Positions 8,197 to 17,608 of a stretch of DNA of 64,000 nt are shown piece by piece. Source of the DNA: Promethearchaeota archaeon. GTDB lineage: Archaea; Asgardarchaeota; Lokiarchaeia; Sigyniarchaeales; SOKP01. Positions within the stretch are counted from its first letter, which is position 1. Each line of letters begins with the position of its first letter. Position numbers and translations under genes: made by a program. The notes beneath the pieces are model-generated. The model searched no databases. It had not been told where the DNA came from and was given only the letters and a program-made list of their open reading frames with translations. The DNA lies in the NCBI GenBank assembly GCA_019058365.1, contig JAHPZE010000001.1:128001-192000 (forward strand). Reading direction: 5' to 3'.

Positions 8197-9699
8197 ATGG
8201 AAGAATTACTTAAATCTTCAATTATAAAGGGATTTGTTCTAAGTGTCTTTGGAGAACTTGGTCCAACTCCAATTTATTGCTTCCCTAATTATGTTACTGA
8301 AAAGGAGTTCAAGGAACTTTCCAAAGAATCAAAAGATCAAGGCCATCTTATTTTAACATATCGTGATATTACTCAAATTTCCATAAAAAATTTAAGCCTT
8401 TTTATTAGTGATAAGATTGTTATGGAAGAGAAGGATCTCACAAAAATTCAATATTTTGCTATTTTACCATATCCTGATTTTAACACAACTTCTCTTACCT
8501 ATTTTCATTTTATTAGGAGAGATTCTGAAGATCATTCAATCCCAACCGCATTTTCGATACTAGCAGAAGAAAAAAGCCGAAGCTTTTTATATAATAATAT
8601 AAATCGAATTAAACCAGTAGTTACTGAATTTTTCAAAATTTTTGATAAAAAGATGCTTGATTCTTACCCTCCACGTGAAAATGTTGAAAAATTTTTCCAA
8701 GATCTTTTGACAGAATTAATAGAAATTGTGAAAAACCCTTCAACTCCAATTACTACTCATAGGAAGATGAAGATTTTATTTGCAGGTTTGGATAATTCAG
8801 GCAAAACTAGTTTTTTACTTTCTGTAGATCGTAAATATAGTAAACTAATCGGTCTTAAACCCACAGCAGGAGCGAGTATAAAATCTATTGAAGCATTAGG
8901 GGCTACAATTTTTCTTTGGGATTTAGGAGGACAGAGAAAATTCCGAGAAAAATATATTAATAAAGCTGAAATCTATCTATATGAGGCTGATCTTTTATTT
9001 TACTTTATTGATATTAAAGATAGAGCTAGATTTGATGAAAGTATTGAATATCTTCAAAATCTTAAGAGTGTGATTGAAGAATTCAATCAAAATACACCAA
9101 TAGTATACATATTATCAAAAGGAGATGCTGATATCTTAAATACAGGAGAAATTAAAGAAAATATCGAATTTATAAAAACAAAGTTAAGAGAAAATGATCA
9201 AGATGACTCACTAGAAACATATACTACAAGTATCTTCCAAATCTTTACAATTCTACGAGCCTTTTCTTCAGGTATCTCAAAATTAAGTCCAAATAGAGAT
9301 CTGATTAATCATAATCTTAAAAAATTCTCTTTAATGACAGAATCATATTTAACGCTACTTTTAAGTGTTGACGGTTTAGTCCTTGCCAATTTCTATGATA
9401 AACAAACTATGGGTTTAACGAAAATTCCTAAATCAGAAGTAATGAATGTATTTGAAATCTCTGCACCTCAATTTACGGTTTTATTTAAAATATTTTCAAA
9501 ATTTAAAGCATTACAACAAAATGAAGCTTTATTTAGAGTTTCAAATACAGTAATTTTTATTAAAAGAATCCAAATTGAAGAAAACGATATGTTTCTCTTA
9601 TTTTTAGTAGATAATGAAAATAAAAAAGATAAAATTGATGAAGAATTGCCAGGATTCTTAAAATACACCCAAGATTTACTTTTACGATATATTGCTTAA
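8197..9699 (+). CDS. Three-domain protein: uDENN/longin-like + Rag/Arf-like GTPase + roadblock-like
   Basis: N-terminal VLSVFGELGPTP...YFAILPYP; G1 GLDNSGKTS, G3 WDLGGQ, G4 SKGD, G5 TTSIF; C-terminal LLLSVDGLVLANFY. Confidence 0.8.
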   Translation: MEELLKSSIIKGFVLSVFGELGPTPIYCFPNYVTEKEFKELSKESKDQGHLILTYRDITQISIKNLSLFISDKIVMEEKDLTKIQYFAILPYPDFNTTSLTYFHFIRRDSEDHSIPTAFSILAEEKSRSFLYNNINRIKPVVTEFFKIFDKKMLDSYPPRENVEKFFQDLLTELIEIVKNPSTPITTHRKMKILFAGLDNSGKTSFLLSVDRKYSKLIGLKPTAGASIKSIEALGATIFLWDLGGQRKFREKYINKAEIYLYEADLLFYFIDIKDRARFDESIEYLQNLKSVIEEFNQNTPIVYILSKGDADILNTGEIKENIEFIKTKLRENDQDDSLETYTTSIFQIFTILRAFSSGISKLSPNRDLINHNLKKFSLMTESYLTLLLSVDGLVLANFYDKQTMGLTKIPKSEVMNVFEISAPQFTVLFKIFSKFKALQQNEALFRVSNTVIFIKRIQIEENDMFLLFLVDNENKKDKIDEELPGFLKYTQDLLLRYIA

Positions 9700-10598
9700 A
9701 AAATTGCTTTTAAAGATGTTCTCTCACTTATATTTTTTCTTAAAATTCTTTTTCTGTAATAGGAATTAACTCCAGAAATCAAAGAAATTGCAGGGATAAT
9801 ACACTTTGCGAATTTTATTGGTCCAAACAAAATAAAATCACTGGGGGCAGAAGCACAATAGGCCATTATTGATGCTATAGCACCACATCTAGCATTTTCA
9901 CCATATTTTTTAGCAAAACTCCATCCATAAATTGCATTAGCGGGAGCAAATCCAGTAGGCAATCCTAATACTTTTTTCACTAGTCCAGTTGTTTCAAAAT
10001 TGATTGAAATTGAGGGTAAATCTAATACAGCTGTATCAACAATACAATTATCTATATTTGCTTTTTGAGCCTTAGGAATTAATGACTCTTTTAAGAATTT
10101 TAACTTCTGTTTTGGAAAAATATATTTATTTCCAAATGTAAGGAGCACAGCATTCTTAACTCCAATTTCCTTTAAGCGCTGTAAGTTTTCATCGGTTGTA
10201 TTTCCATCAATGCTGTTTAATATAGCTCTATTTAATAAGCCTATTTCTTTTAATCTTTCCATTGCGGGAATTCTTGAAAAATCATTCAATCCATCAACCA
10301 AAAAGGGATATTCTACATTATTTGCAATAAATTCACATTCCTTTACAAGTGCTTCTGGATATGCCCCTACAACATCAATTACTCCTTGTAATTGAGTATT
10401 TTCAATTAATTCTGTAAATTCATTTAATTCTTGTTCAATAAGATTTTTATCGATTTTGCCCGTTTTTTCATCCAATAACCCAGCATGCTTAGCATAAAAA
10501 ACAGTCCCAATCATAACAATAGGATTTTCCCCCGGTTGACCGCCTAATTTAATATTACCTATTTGGATTATTTTTTGCTCTGATTCAAACTCTAACAT
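9696..10598 (-). CDS. mtrH: Tetrahydromethanopterin S-methyltransferase subunit H-like methyltransferase
   Basis: IGNIKLGGQPGENPIVMIGTVFY N-terminus, LNSI, VDTAV, GLPTG, DFILFGPI. Confidence 0.85.
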   Translation of the reverse strand: MLEFESEQKIIQIGNIKLGGQPGENPIVMIGTVFYAKHAGLLDEKTGKIDKNLIEQELNEFTELIENTQLQGVIDVVGAYPEALVKECEFIANNVEYPFLVDGLNDFSRIPAMERLKEIGLLNRAILNSIDGNTTDENLQRLKEIGVKNAVLLTFGNKYIFPKQKLKFLKESLIPKAQKANIDNCIVDTAVLDLPSISINFETTGLVKKVLGLPTGFAPANAIYGWSFAKKYGENARCGAIASIMAYCASAPSDFILFGPIKFAKCIIPAISLISGVNSYYRKRILRKNISERTSLKAIF

Positions 10599-10656
10599 AA
10601 TTTAATCAAAAACTCCTAATTATTATATTTTTCTAGTGAAAAAAAATTATTATATT

Positions 10657-11547
10657 CTAAATATCTTTCTTAAAAGGTTTATCCAACATTAATAATTCAA
10701 TAAAATTTGAAACTTTTTCCGTAGGAATTGTTAAGTAATCTCCATCAATAACATAACCAAACCCTTCTGACCACGTAGAAATTTCATGCAAATAAGTTTT
10801 TTTATCCATTCTTAAAATTTTTCGCATTAATTTTAATTCAACTTTGTTCATTTTTTCCACCATTACTTTTACTTTTTTCTTTCTTTTTAGCTTTATAGGT
10901 TCACTCACAAGGGTTCCGATATAAATTATTGATAATATAAATTCTGGAATCCATTTATGCATCAGCAAGACAATAATTGCTGCAATAAACGAAGAAGCTG
11001 CACTTATTGATACATGAATATCATCCCAATTATACCCTATGTAATATAATTCAATTTGAATTAACATTCGGATAATATTTACAACATAAAAGATTACTGA
11101 TGAAACGATAAGAGCTTTTGTTTTCCGCCATATAATATCCTCTTTTGTGAGTGGGTCTTGACTATGGGGTGTGAAAACGATAATTCCGACAAAAATAACG
11201 ATAGCTTGCACCCCTGTACAAAATGTTTCGAAGTAAATTGATGGTCTCCCAGGAATATCGAAATACCAATGATATTTTCCATTTGGAGCATATACTGCTT
11301 TTACACCCATATTAAAAAACAGGTTTAAGAAATATACTGTTTGTTTTACAACAATTTCATGTAACCAATAATTAATTTCAAGATCAAAGAACAGATATAT
11401 AAGATAAGCGGATAGAGGTGCTCCAATAGCGAATATAATCAAAGATCTTATAGAGAAGATATATTTTCGTCCGTTATATTCAATGATAGGTTTTTTAATA
11501 TTACTTAGTTCCTTAAATGGTCGCATCTTTATTTTCCCCTTCTTCAT
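10657..11547 (-). CDS. Archaeosortase/exosortase-family transpeptidase with soluble C-terminal extension
   Basis: Multi-TM protein with Cys (FCTG), Arg (VNIIR) and His (DDIH) in exosortase order. Confidence 0.8.
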   Translation of the reverse strand: MKKGKIKMRPFKELSNIKKPIIEYNGRKYIFSIRSLIIFAIGAPLSAYLIYLFFDLEINYWLHEIVVKQTVYFLNLFFNMGVKAVYAPNGKYHWYFDIPGRPSIYFETFCTGVQAIVIFVGIIVFTPHSQDPLTKEDIIWRKTKALIVSSVIFYVVNIIRMLIQIELYYIGYNWDDIHVSISAASSFIAAIIVLLMHKWIPEFILSIIYIGTLVSEPIKLKRKKKVKVMVEKMNKVELKLMRKILRMDKKTYLHEISTWSEGFGYVIDGDYLTIPTEKVSNFIELLMLDKPFKKDI

Positions 11548-11782
11548 CTGTATGCTTCAGATAATAGTGAAACCTATCGAGTATTATATAATTAAGAATT
11601 ATTAGTAATGGAATCATAACAAAACCAAAATTAAAATAACTGGCAGATTCTAACAATGGAATTGATAAACCGATAATAAATGCAAATAATATGTTAATTG
11701 TTAGCAATAACCAGATATATATTTTTTTTAAGATCAATCGCGCCATGATAAATAGTTTTAATAAGTCAATATAAAAAATCAA
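11513..11782 (-). CDS. Small two-TM membrane protein overlapping the archaeosortase start (probable ATG at 11746)
   Basis: Two hydrophobic segments; co-oriented with, and overlapping by 35 nt, the sortase ORF. Confidence 0.55.
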   Translation of the reverse strand: MIFYIDLLKLFIMARLILKKIYIWLLLTINILFAFIIGLSIPLLESASYFNFGFVMIPLLIILNYIILDRFHYYLKHTDEEGENKDATI

Positions 11783-12058
11783 ATTAATCTTTATTAAAAA
11801 TCTTTATTAGAAAGGTTAAATCTTAATTCTTTTTAATTTTACTTATTATAAAATTTTATTAAATTGTTCTAATGGATTAATTTTTATGTTTTATTAACGA
11901 TTTTTAATAATTTTTTCTTAAAAAAGTTCTACATTAGCTGAAATAAATAAATTAACCATTTTCATTTAAATTAAGTTGAAAAAGTAGAGTTAAATAGAAT
12001 ACCTCCTTAATAATTAATTGGAGATATATTAGAACAAGAAATATTAAGGAGTCCATTA

Positions 12059-12658
12059 ATGGTTCTTGGTGTAAAGCCAGAAGATGAAATAAAAAGTCTG
12101 ACATATACTATTCAAAATATTGTGGTTAAAATATCATTAAATTTAAGCGAAGATCTTGTTTTGCGAAAAATTGATGCAAAATTAAATAATACTGAGTACA
12201 ATCCAGAACGTTTTCCAGGACTTTTTATAAGATTTAAACACCCAAAATGTGTAATTATTATTTTTAGAAATGGAAAGCTAATTCTAACCGGTTTAAAATT
12301 ATTTAGTCATATTAATTTAGTGATAAAGCAATTATTATTGAAATTTAATGAAAACTTTAAGATGTCTATAAAAAAAAGTTCAATTAATACAGAAATCGTG
12401 AACATTGTAGGAACTGCAGACTTTTATAAACAAATAAACTTAGACCTCGCAGTAACTATATTGGAAAACGCTATTTATGAACCGGAAGTTTTTCCTGGCT
12501 TAATATATAATTCTTTTAATCCCGTAAAGTCTGTTTTTCTGATATTTAGTACAGGTAAAATAGTTTTTACAGGCATTCGTGAGGAAATTATAATTGAACC
12601 GGCATTGATTAATCTTGGACGATTATTAGATAGAGAAAAATTATTTATAATTTCTTAA
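12059..12658 (+). CDS. tbp: TATA-box-binding protein (divergent)
   Basis: Two TBP repeats: YNPERFPGL...IFRNGKLILTG and YEPEVFPGL...IFSTGKIVFTG. Confidence 0.9.
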   Translation: MVLGVKPEDEIKSLTYTIQNIVVKISLNLSEDLVLRKIDAKLNNTEYNPERFPGLFIRFKHPKCVIIIFRNGKLILTGLKLFSHINLVIKQLLLKFNENFKMSIKKSSINTEIVNIVGTADFYKQINLDLAVTILENAIYEPEVFPGLIYNSFNPVKSVFLIFSTGKIVFTGIREEIIIEPALINLGRLLDREKLFIIS

Positions 12659-12773
12659 AAATTCATACCCATTTATATGAAATAAAAATAAAATTTTTTT
12701 TCTAAGTTATATTCTTTTTCTCATACCAATTTAATATATCAATATATCAAAATAAATAAATAGTGAAATTATA

Positions 12774-13493
12774 ATGTCAGAAGAAGAAAAAAATAGTCAA
12801 AATTCTGAAGGACAAGATAGTCAAGAAGAATCTGCTGAAAAAGAACGTACTGACGATAAAGCAAAAGCAAAATTTACTTTTAAATGCACTCGTTGTGATA
12901 ATTGTTGTTCTGCTAGAGGACCAATACCAATAACGCTATGGGATTTAGAAATGTGGGCTAGAAATGGTGTTGTTGCTAATTTTATGCCATATTTAAGTAT
13001 CTATCAAAAACCAGATGGAGGGATTGATTTAATATTAAAACCTTTAGCACCCCCACCTATGGAAGGAGAAGAGGAAAAAACCAATAAGGACCCATTTGGA
13101 AATGTACCTATAGAAGAATTACTTAACGTAAAATGTCCTTTATATAATAAAGATGAAAAAAAATGCTTAGTCTATGATAATCGTCCTTTAAGTTGTCGTA
13201 CATATCCTTTAGAATTTGATGGAAAAAACTTTATTGTTGTTGATGCTGATTGTCCAGGGATTGGTGAAGAAGGTATGACTAAAGAAGAATTAAAAGAGAT
13301 GCGAGAAACAGCGAAGACCATGCATTATGAATTAACAAGGATGAGGATTGCAATACCTATCTTAAATCAATTAATTTCACAAAAAATCATGATGGATTTG
13401 ATGCGGCAAAATATGGAGGCTATGAGTAAGATGTCTGATGAGGACAGGCAAAAACTTGATGAAATCTTTAAAAAAAGTAGTGAAGATCAATAA
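12774..13493 (+). CDS. YkgJ-family cysteine-cluster protein
   Basis: FKCTRCDNCC, CPLY...CLVYDNRPLSCRTYP. Confidence 0.85.
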   Translation: MSEEEKNSQNSEGQDSQEESAEKERTDDKAKAKFTFKCTRCDNCCSARGPIPITLWDLEMWARNGVVANFMPYLSIYQKPDGGIDLILKPLAPPPMEGEEEKTNKDPFGNVPIEELLNVKCPLYNKDEKKCLVYDNRPLSCRTYPLEFDGKNFIVVDADCPGIGEEGMTKEELKEMRETAKTMHYELTRMRIAIPILNQLISQKIMMDLMRQNMEAMSKMSDEDRQKLDEIFKKSSEDQ

Positions 13494-13546
13494 AATTACT
13501 ATTTTTTAATTATTTATTTTATTTAGTTCAATATTAAGGTTCAAAT

Positions 13547-14065
13547 ATGAAAGAATTAAATGTAAAACACTCACTAATAAGCTTAATTCATGGTGATATT
13601 ACCGAAATTGAAACAGATGCTATAGTAAATGCTGCTAACGTAAAACTAATTCTTGGCGGGGGAGTAGCAGGTGCTATCAAGCGAAAAGGAGGACCAGTAA
13701 TTCAAGAAGAATGTAATAGGATTGGCGGTACTTATGTAGGTGGAGCAGTTATCACAACCGGAGGCAAACTAAAGGCTAGGTATGTTATCCATGCTGTGGG
13801 ACCCAGAATGGGAGAAGGTAATGAAGATAATAAATTGAAAAATGCCACACTAAATAGTCTAAAATTGATGGATGAATATAAACTAAAAACAATTGTGTTT
13901 CCAGCAATATCGACGGGAATATTTGGATATCCTATAGAAAGATGTGCAAAAATTATGCTTTCAATGGCAAAAGAATATTTAGAGGGTAATACTCAAATTG
14001 ATAAAGTTATCTTTTGTTTGTATACATCTTCTGATTTTGAAGTTTTCGAAAAAGAGTTGAAATAA
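13547..14065 (+). CDS. Macro-domain protein (ADP-ribose binding/hydrolase, YmdB-like)
   Basis: GDIT, AIVNAAN, GGGVAGAI, VIHAVGP, FPAISTGIFGYP. Confidence 0.92.
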   Translation: MKELNVKHSLISLIHGDITEIETDAIVNAANVKLILGGGVAGAIKRKGGPVIQEECNRIGGTYVGGAVITTGGKLKARYVIHAVGPRMGEGNEDNKLKNATLNSLKLMDEYKLKTIVFPAISTGIFGYPIERCAKIMLSMAKEYLEGNTQIDKVIFCLYTSSDFEVFEKELK

Positions 14066-14177
14066 TTGGTTTTTGACGTTACTTTTTTTACTAACGTTTA
14101 ATTAATAATCAGAGGAATAATAATTATTATTTAGAGCAAATCTTATTACTAAGATAGATTAAGGGCTCCACTTAAAA

Positions 14178-17090
14178 ATGAGTGATTATAAATATATTAA
14201 ATTCTTCGAAGATCTAAGAGTTAATAATGTCCCTCTTGTAGGAGGAAAAAATGCATCACTTGGAGAATTACTGAGTTTTGGTGTCTCAGTTCCGCTTGGG
14301 TTCGCTGTCACTTCAAATGCTTTTGATTATGTTTTAGATACAAATTTTTATACTATTAAAGAGAAAGAAATATCACTCAGAGAATTGATTGCTAGAGATA
14401 TTAATAGAATTTCTGATGAATTAAAGTCAGAAGATATAAAAGCGGTTGAAAAAGTTGATAAAATTTGTGCAAATATCCGATATGTCATCGAACAATCAAA
14501 AATTCCAGATTCTTTAGCTGATGAAATCTTGGATGCATATGCTAAATTGATTGAGAAAATTGGTGAAGAATCTACATTTGCTGTCAGAAGTTCTGCTACA
14601 GCAGAAGATTTACCTGATGCTTCATTTGCGGGGCAACAAGATACCCACTTAAATATATCGGGTGAAAAAGAAATCTTAGAATATATATTAAAAGATATGG
14701 CATCAGTTTTTACCACAAGAGCAACAATGTATCGTGAACGAGCAGGATTCGATCATTTTGCCGTAAAGCTTTCAGTGGGAGTCCAAGAAATGGCAGGAGG
14801 TTTAGGTGGTGTTAAATCCTCTGGTGTAATGTTTACTGAAGACCCCGATTCGGGTAACCCTAATGTGGTTGTTATTAGGGGAACTTGGGGTTTAGGAGAG
14901 TTAATTGTACAAGGGGTTGAAAAAGGAGATGAGTTCATGGTATTCAAGCATGATCCTAGAACACTAAGGATTATTCGTCGTGAACTTGCTAAAAAAGAGA
15001 AAATGATGATTTTTACTAAAGGTACTGAAAATTTAGGAACTGAAGTTGTTCAAGTACCCGAAAAAAAGCAGATGCAATATTGTTTAACTGAAAATGAAGT
15101 CCTAATATTAGCAGATTATGCGCAAAAAATTAGAACACATTATGGTCGAAGGATGGATATAGAATTTGCAGTCGGAAACAATGAAAAAGTATATATAGTC
15201 CAAGCACGCCCAGAAACGGTTCATAGTATCAAAGGTGATGTCGAAGAAATCTTCTATCTTCTTGAAGATCCAGTTAAATTATCCCAAGAGGGATTATTAG
15301 TAGAAAATTCAGGTATCGCTATTGGACGAAGAATAGGCTATGGGAAAGTAAAAATTATTGAATCAATTAATGATGCATATTTATTAAGAGAAGGAGATAT
15401 TCTTATTACGGAAGAAACAAATCCTGATTGGACATCTTATATGCAGAATTTGGGAGGCGTTATTACTGAGCGAGGTGGACCCACTTGCCATGCTGCAATT
15501 GTATCTCGAGAGTTAAATATCTCATCAATTGTCGGAGCTGATGAAATTGTGCAGGTTATGAAAGAAAAACGGCGCGAAGGAATTGAATACATAACTATTG
15601 ATTGCAGTCAAGGGGAACCACGTATTTGGCTTAAAGATGTTGAATTTGACTCCGATGTAATTGAATTTGCTAAACTTCCACAAACTCAAACAAAAGTACT
15701 AGTGAATCTAGGAATCCCAAAAGGCGCATTAAGTCAAGGAAAGTATCCAGACGGCACAGGATTAGCCCGTCTCGAATTTATAATTAATGATGAAGCTCAA
15801 ATTCATCCAAACGCATTAATCGATTTTGAAGCTTTAGTAATGAGATATGATATATTATTAGATCAAAGAAAAAAGATTGAAAATATTAAAAAAAGCGATT
15901 TATATCATAAAGATCCTTTTAATCAAGAAATTTTTCAATTAAAACAAACTCTAGATAAAATAAGGACTTTAACAATCGGTTATGAGGATAAAGCAGAATT
16001 TTATGTTGATAAATTAGCTGAAGGAATAGCTACAATCGCCGCTGGAGTGTGGAAGATATTATCCGATGGGAGCCTTGGGGAATGTGTAGTTAGATTGTCA
16101 GATTTTAAAACTAATGAATATGCAAATTTAATAGGTGGTTGGATATATGAAGGTGAAGAGAATAATCCAATGATGGGTTTTAGAGGTGCTTCAAGGTATG
16201 TTTCTGATGATTTCCAACATGCCTTTATGTTAGAATTAAGAGCTATCAAAAAAGCTCGTGAATGGGGCTTAAAAAACATAATTCCAATGGTTCCATTTTG
16301 TCGATCACCGGAAGAAGGAAAAGAGATTATAGAAATAATGGAAAGTGAAGGTTTAATTCGAGGAGAAGATGATTTAAAAGTTTATGTTATGGCCGAAATT
16401 CCCTCAAATATTATTTGTGCTGATTTATTTTGTCAATATTTTGATGGATTTAGCATTGGAAGCAACGATTTGACCCAATTAACATATGGGGTTGATAGAG
16501 ATGGCTCTAAATTGATACCAATAGCTAAAGAATTTAAATATACTACCAATAGTGAAGCGATTAGGAGATCTTTAAGTCATTTAATCAAGACTGCTCATGA
16601 ATACGGTAAAAAAGTTGGAATTTGTGGGCAAGCTCCCAGTGATGACCCTGAATTCCTTCGATTTTTAGTCAGAGAAGGCATTGATTCTCTCTCTCTCAAT
16701 TTTGACACTTTTGCTAGAGGAAGGATAAATACTTGGAGAACAGAAATAATAGAGGTAAAACTTAGTGAGGAAAATAAAATAAAATCCTATAAATTTCTGC
16801 TTGAATGTGATAACATAATAGAAAAAATAAGAATTCCCCGCGGTAAACTACGGAATATGGTGAGGAAGCAAGGTAAAGAAGTAGATCAAAAACTTATGGC
16901 ATCTACTGAACAAATTAACCAAATATTTGACATAATCCAACAAATATCATATGATTTCGTAAAAGAAATAGATCTAGGGGAGAATAAGAAATTTAACGAT
17001 TATTTTAATAAATATCAAGACCAAATTATTGAATTAGGAGAAAAGATTCCAGGAATTAAGCGAGAAATCCGTGAATTTGGAATCTACTAA
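14178..17090 (+). CDS. ppsA: Phosphoenolpyruvate synthase (pyruvate, water dikinase)
   Basis: VGGKNASLGE, AVRSSATAEDLPDASFAGQQDT, phospho-His GGPTCHAAIVSRE, ENNPMMGFRG, FSIGSNDLTQ, GICGQ. Confidence 0.95.
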   Translation: MSDYKYIKFFEDLRVNNVPLVGGKNASLGELLSFGVSVPLGFAVTSNAFDYVLDTNFYTIKEKEISLRELIARDINRISDELKSEDIKAVEKVDKICANIRYVIEQSKIPDSLADEILDAYAKLIEKIGEESTFAVRSSATAEDLPDASFAGQQDTHLNISGEKEILEYILKDMASVFTTRATMYRERAGFDHFAVKLSVGVQEMAGGLGGVKSSGVMFTEDPDSGNPNVVVIRGTWGLGELIVQGVEKGDEFMVFKHDPRTLRIIRRELAKKEKMMIFTKGTENLGTEVVQVPEKKQMQYCLTENEVLILADYAQKIRTHYGRRMDIEFAVGNNEKVYIVQARPETVHSIKGDVEEIFYLLEDPVKLSQEGLLVENSGIAIGRRIGYGKVKIIESINDAYLLREGDILITEETNPDWTSYMQNLGGVITERGGPTCHAAIVSRELNISSIVGADEIVQVMKEKRREGIEYITIDCSQGEPRIWLKDVEFDSDVIEFAKLPQTQTKVLVNLGIPKGALSQGKYPDGTGLARLEFIINDEAQIHPNALIDFEALVMRYDILLDQRKKIENIKKSDLYHKDPFNQEIFQLKQTLDKIRTLTIGYEDKAEFYVDKLAEGIATIAAGVWKILSDGSLGECVVRLSDFKTNEYANLIGGWIYEGEENNPMMGFRGASRYVSDDFQHAFMLELRAIKKAREWGLKNIIPMVPFCRSPEEGKEIIEIMESEGLIRGEDDLKVYVMAEIPSNIICADLFCQYFDGFSIGSNDLTQLTYGVDRDGSKLIPIAKEFKYTTNSEAIRRSLSHLIKTAHEYGKKVGICGQAPSDDPEFLRFLVREGIDSLSLNFDTFARGRINTWRTEIIEVKLSEENKIKSYKFLLECDNIIEKIRIPRGKLRNMVRKQGKEVDQKLMASTEQINQIFDIIQQISYDFVKEIDLGENKKFNDYFNKYQDQIIELGEKIPGIKREIREFGIY

Positions 17091-17175
17091 AATTCTTTTA
17101 AAATCAAAAAAATTATATTTTAAAAAGTATTTTACTTTTTAAATTTCTATTCTATTAATCTGCCGTAGATTTTAT

Positions 17176-17466
17176 ATGGTGATTTTTTCAATGCCAAGAA
17201 CACTGACTGAAGAGGAAAAAAAGGGCTTTGAAAATGTTGAATATCTTTTAAATGGTATGATACAGGACAGGAGCGTTCCTCGAAATATAAAAAGAATCGC
17301 ACAAAGAGGTATTAATGAATTACATAGGGAAGATGAAACCCCAGGTGTTCTTTCCAGCAATGTAATGTATATGGTTGGTGATTTAAGTCAAGATCCCAAT
17401 ATCCCCTTCCACTCCCGCACTACAATTTACCGAATTATCTCTATCTTAGAAAAAATAAAAGATTAA
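17176..17466 (+). CDS. UPF0147-family protein
   Basis: DRSVPRNI...DPNIPFHSRT..Y.IIS.LE signature. Confidence 0.85.
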   Translation: MVIFSMPRTLTEEEKKGFENVEYLLNGMIQDRSVPRNIKRIAQRGINELHREDETPGVLSSNVMYMVGDLSQDPNIPFHSRTTIYRIISILEKIKD

Positions 17467-17608
17467 ATAATTTTGCTTAAAAAATATAGAATCTTTTTAG
17501 GAAAAAAAATATCAACCAATTATTTATTAAACTAAAATAACATATAATAATTTAAAATAAAATTCATTTTTTAATGAATTAAAGCATAGAAGATGGTGAA
17601 ATTTAAAA

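Noticed and set aside
7146-10598. Marker-2-like protein plus MtrH as evidence of methanogenesis
   Set aside because: Both families occur in non-methanogens; no mcr or other mtr genes are present.
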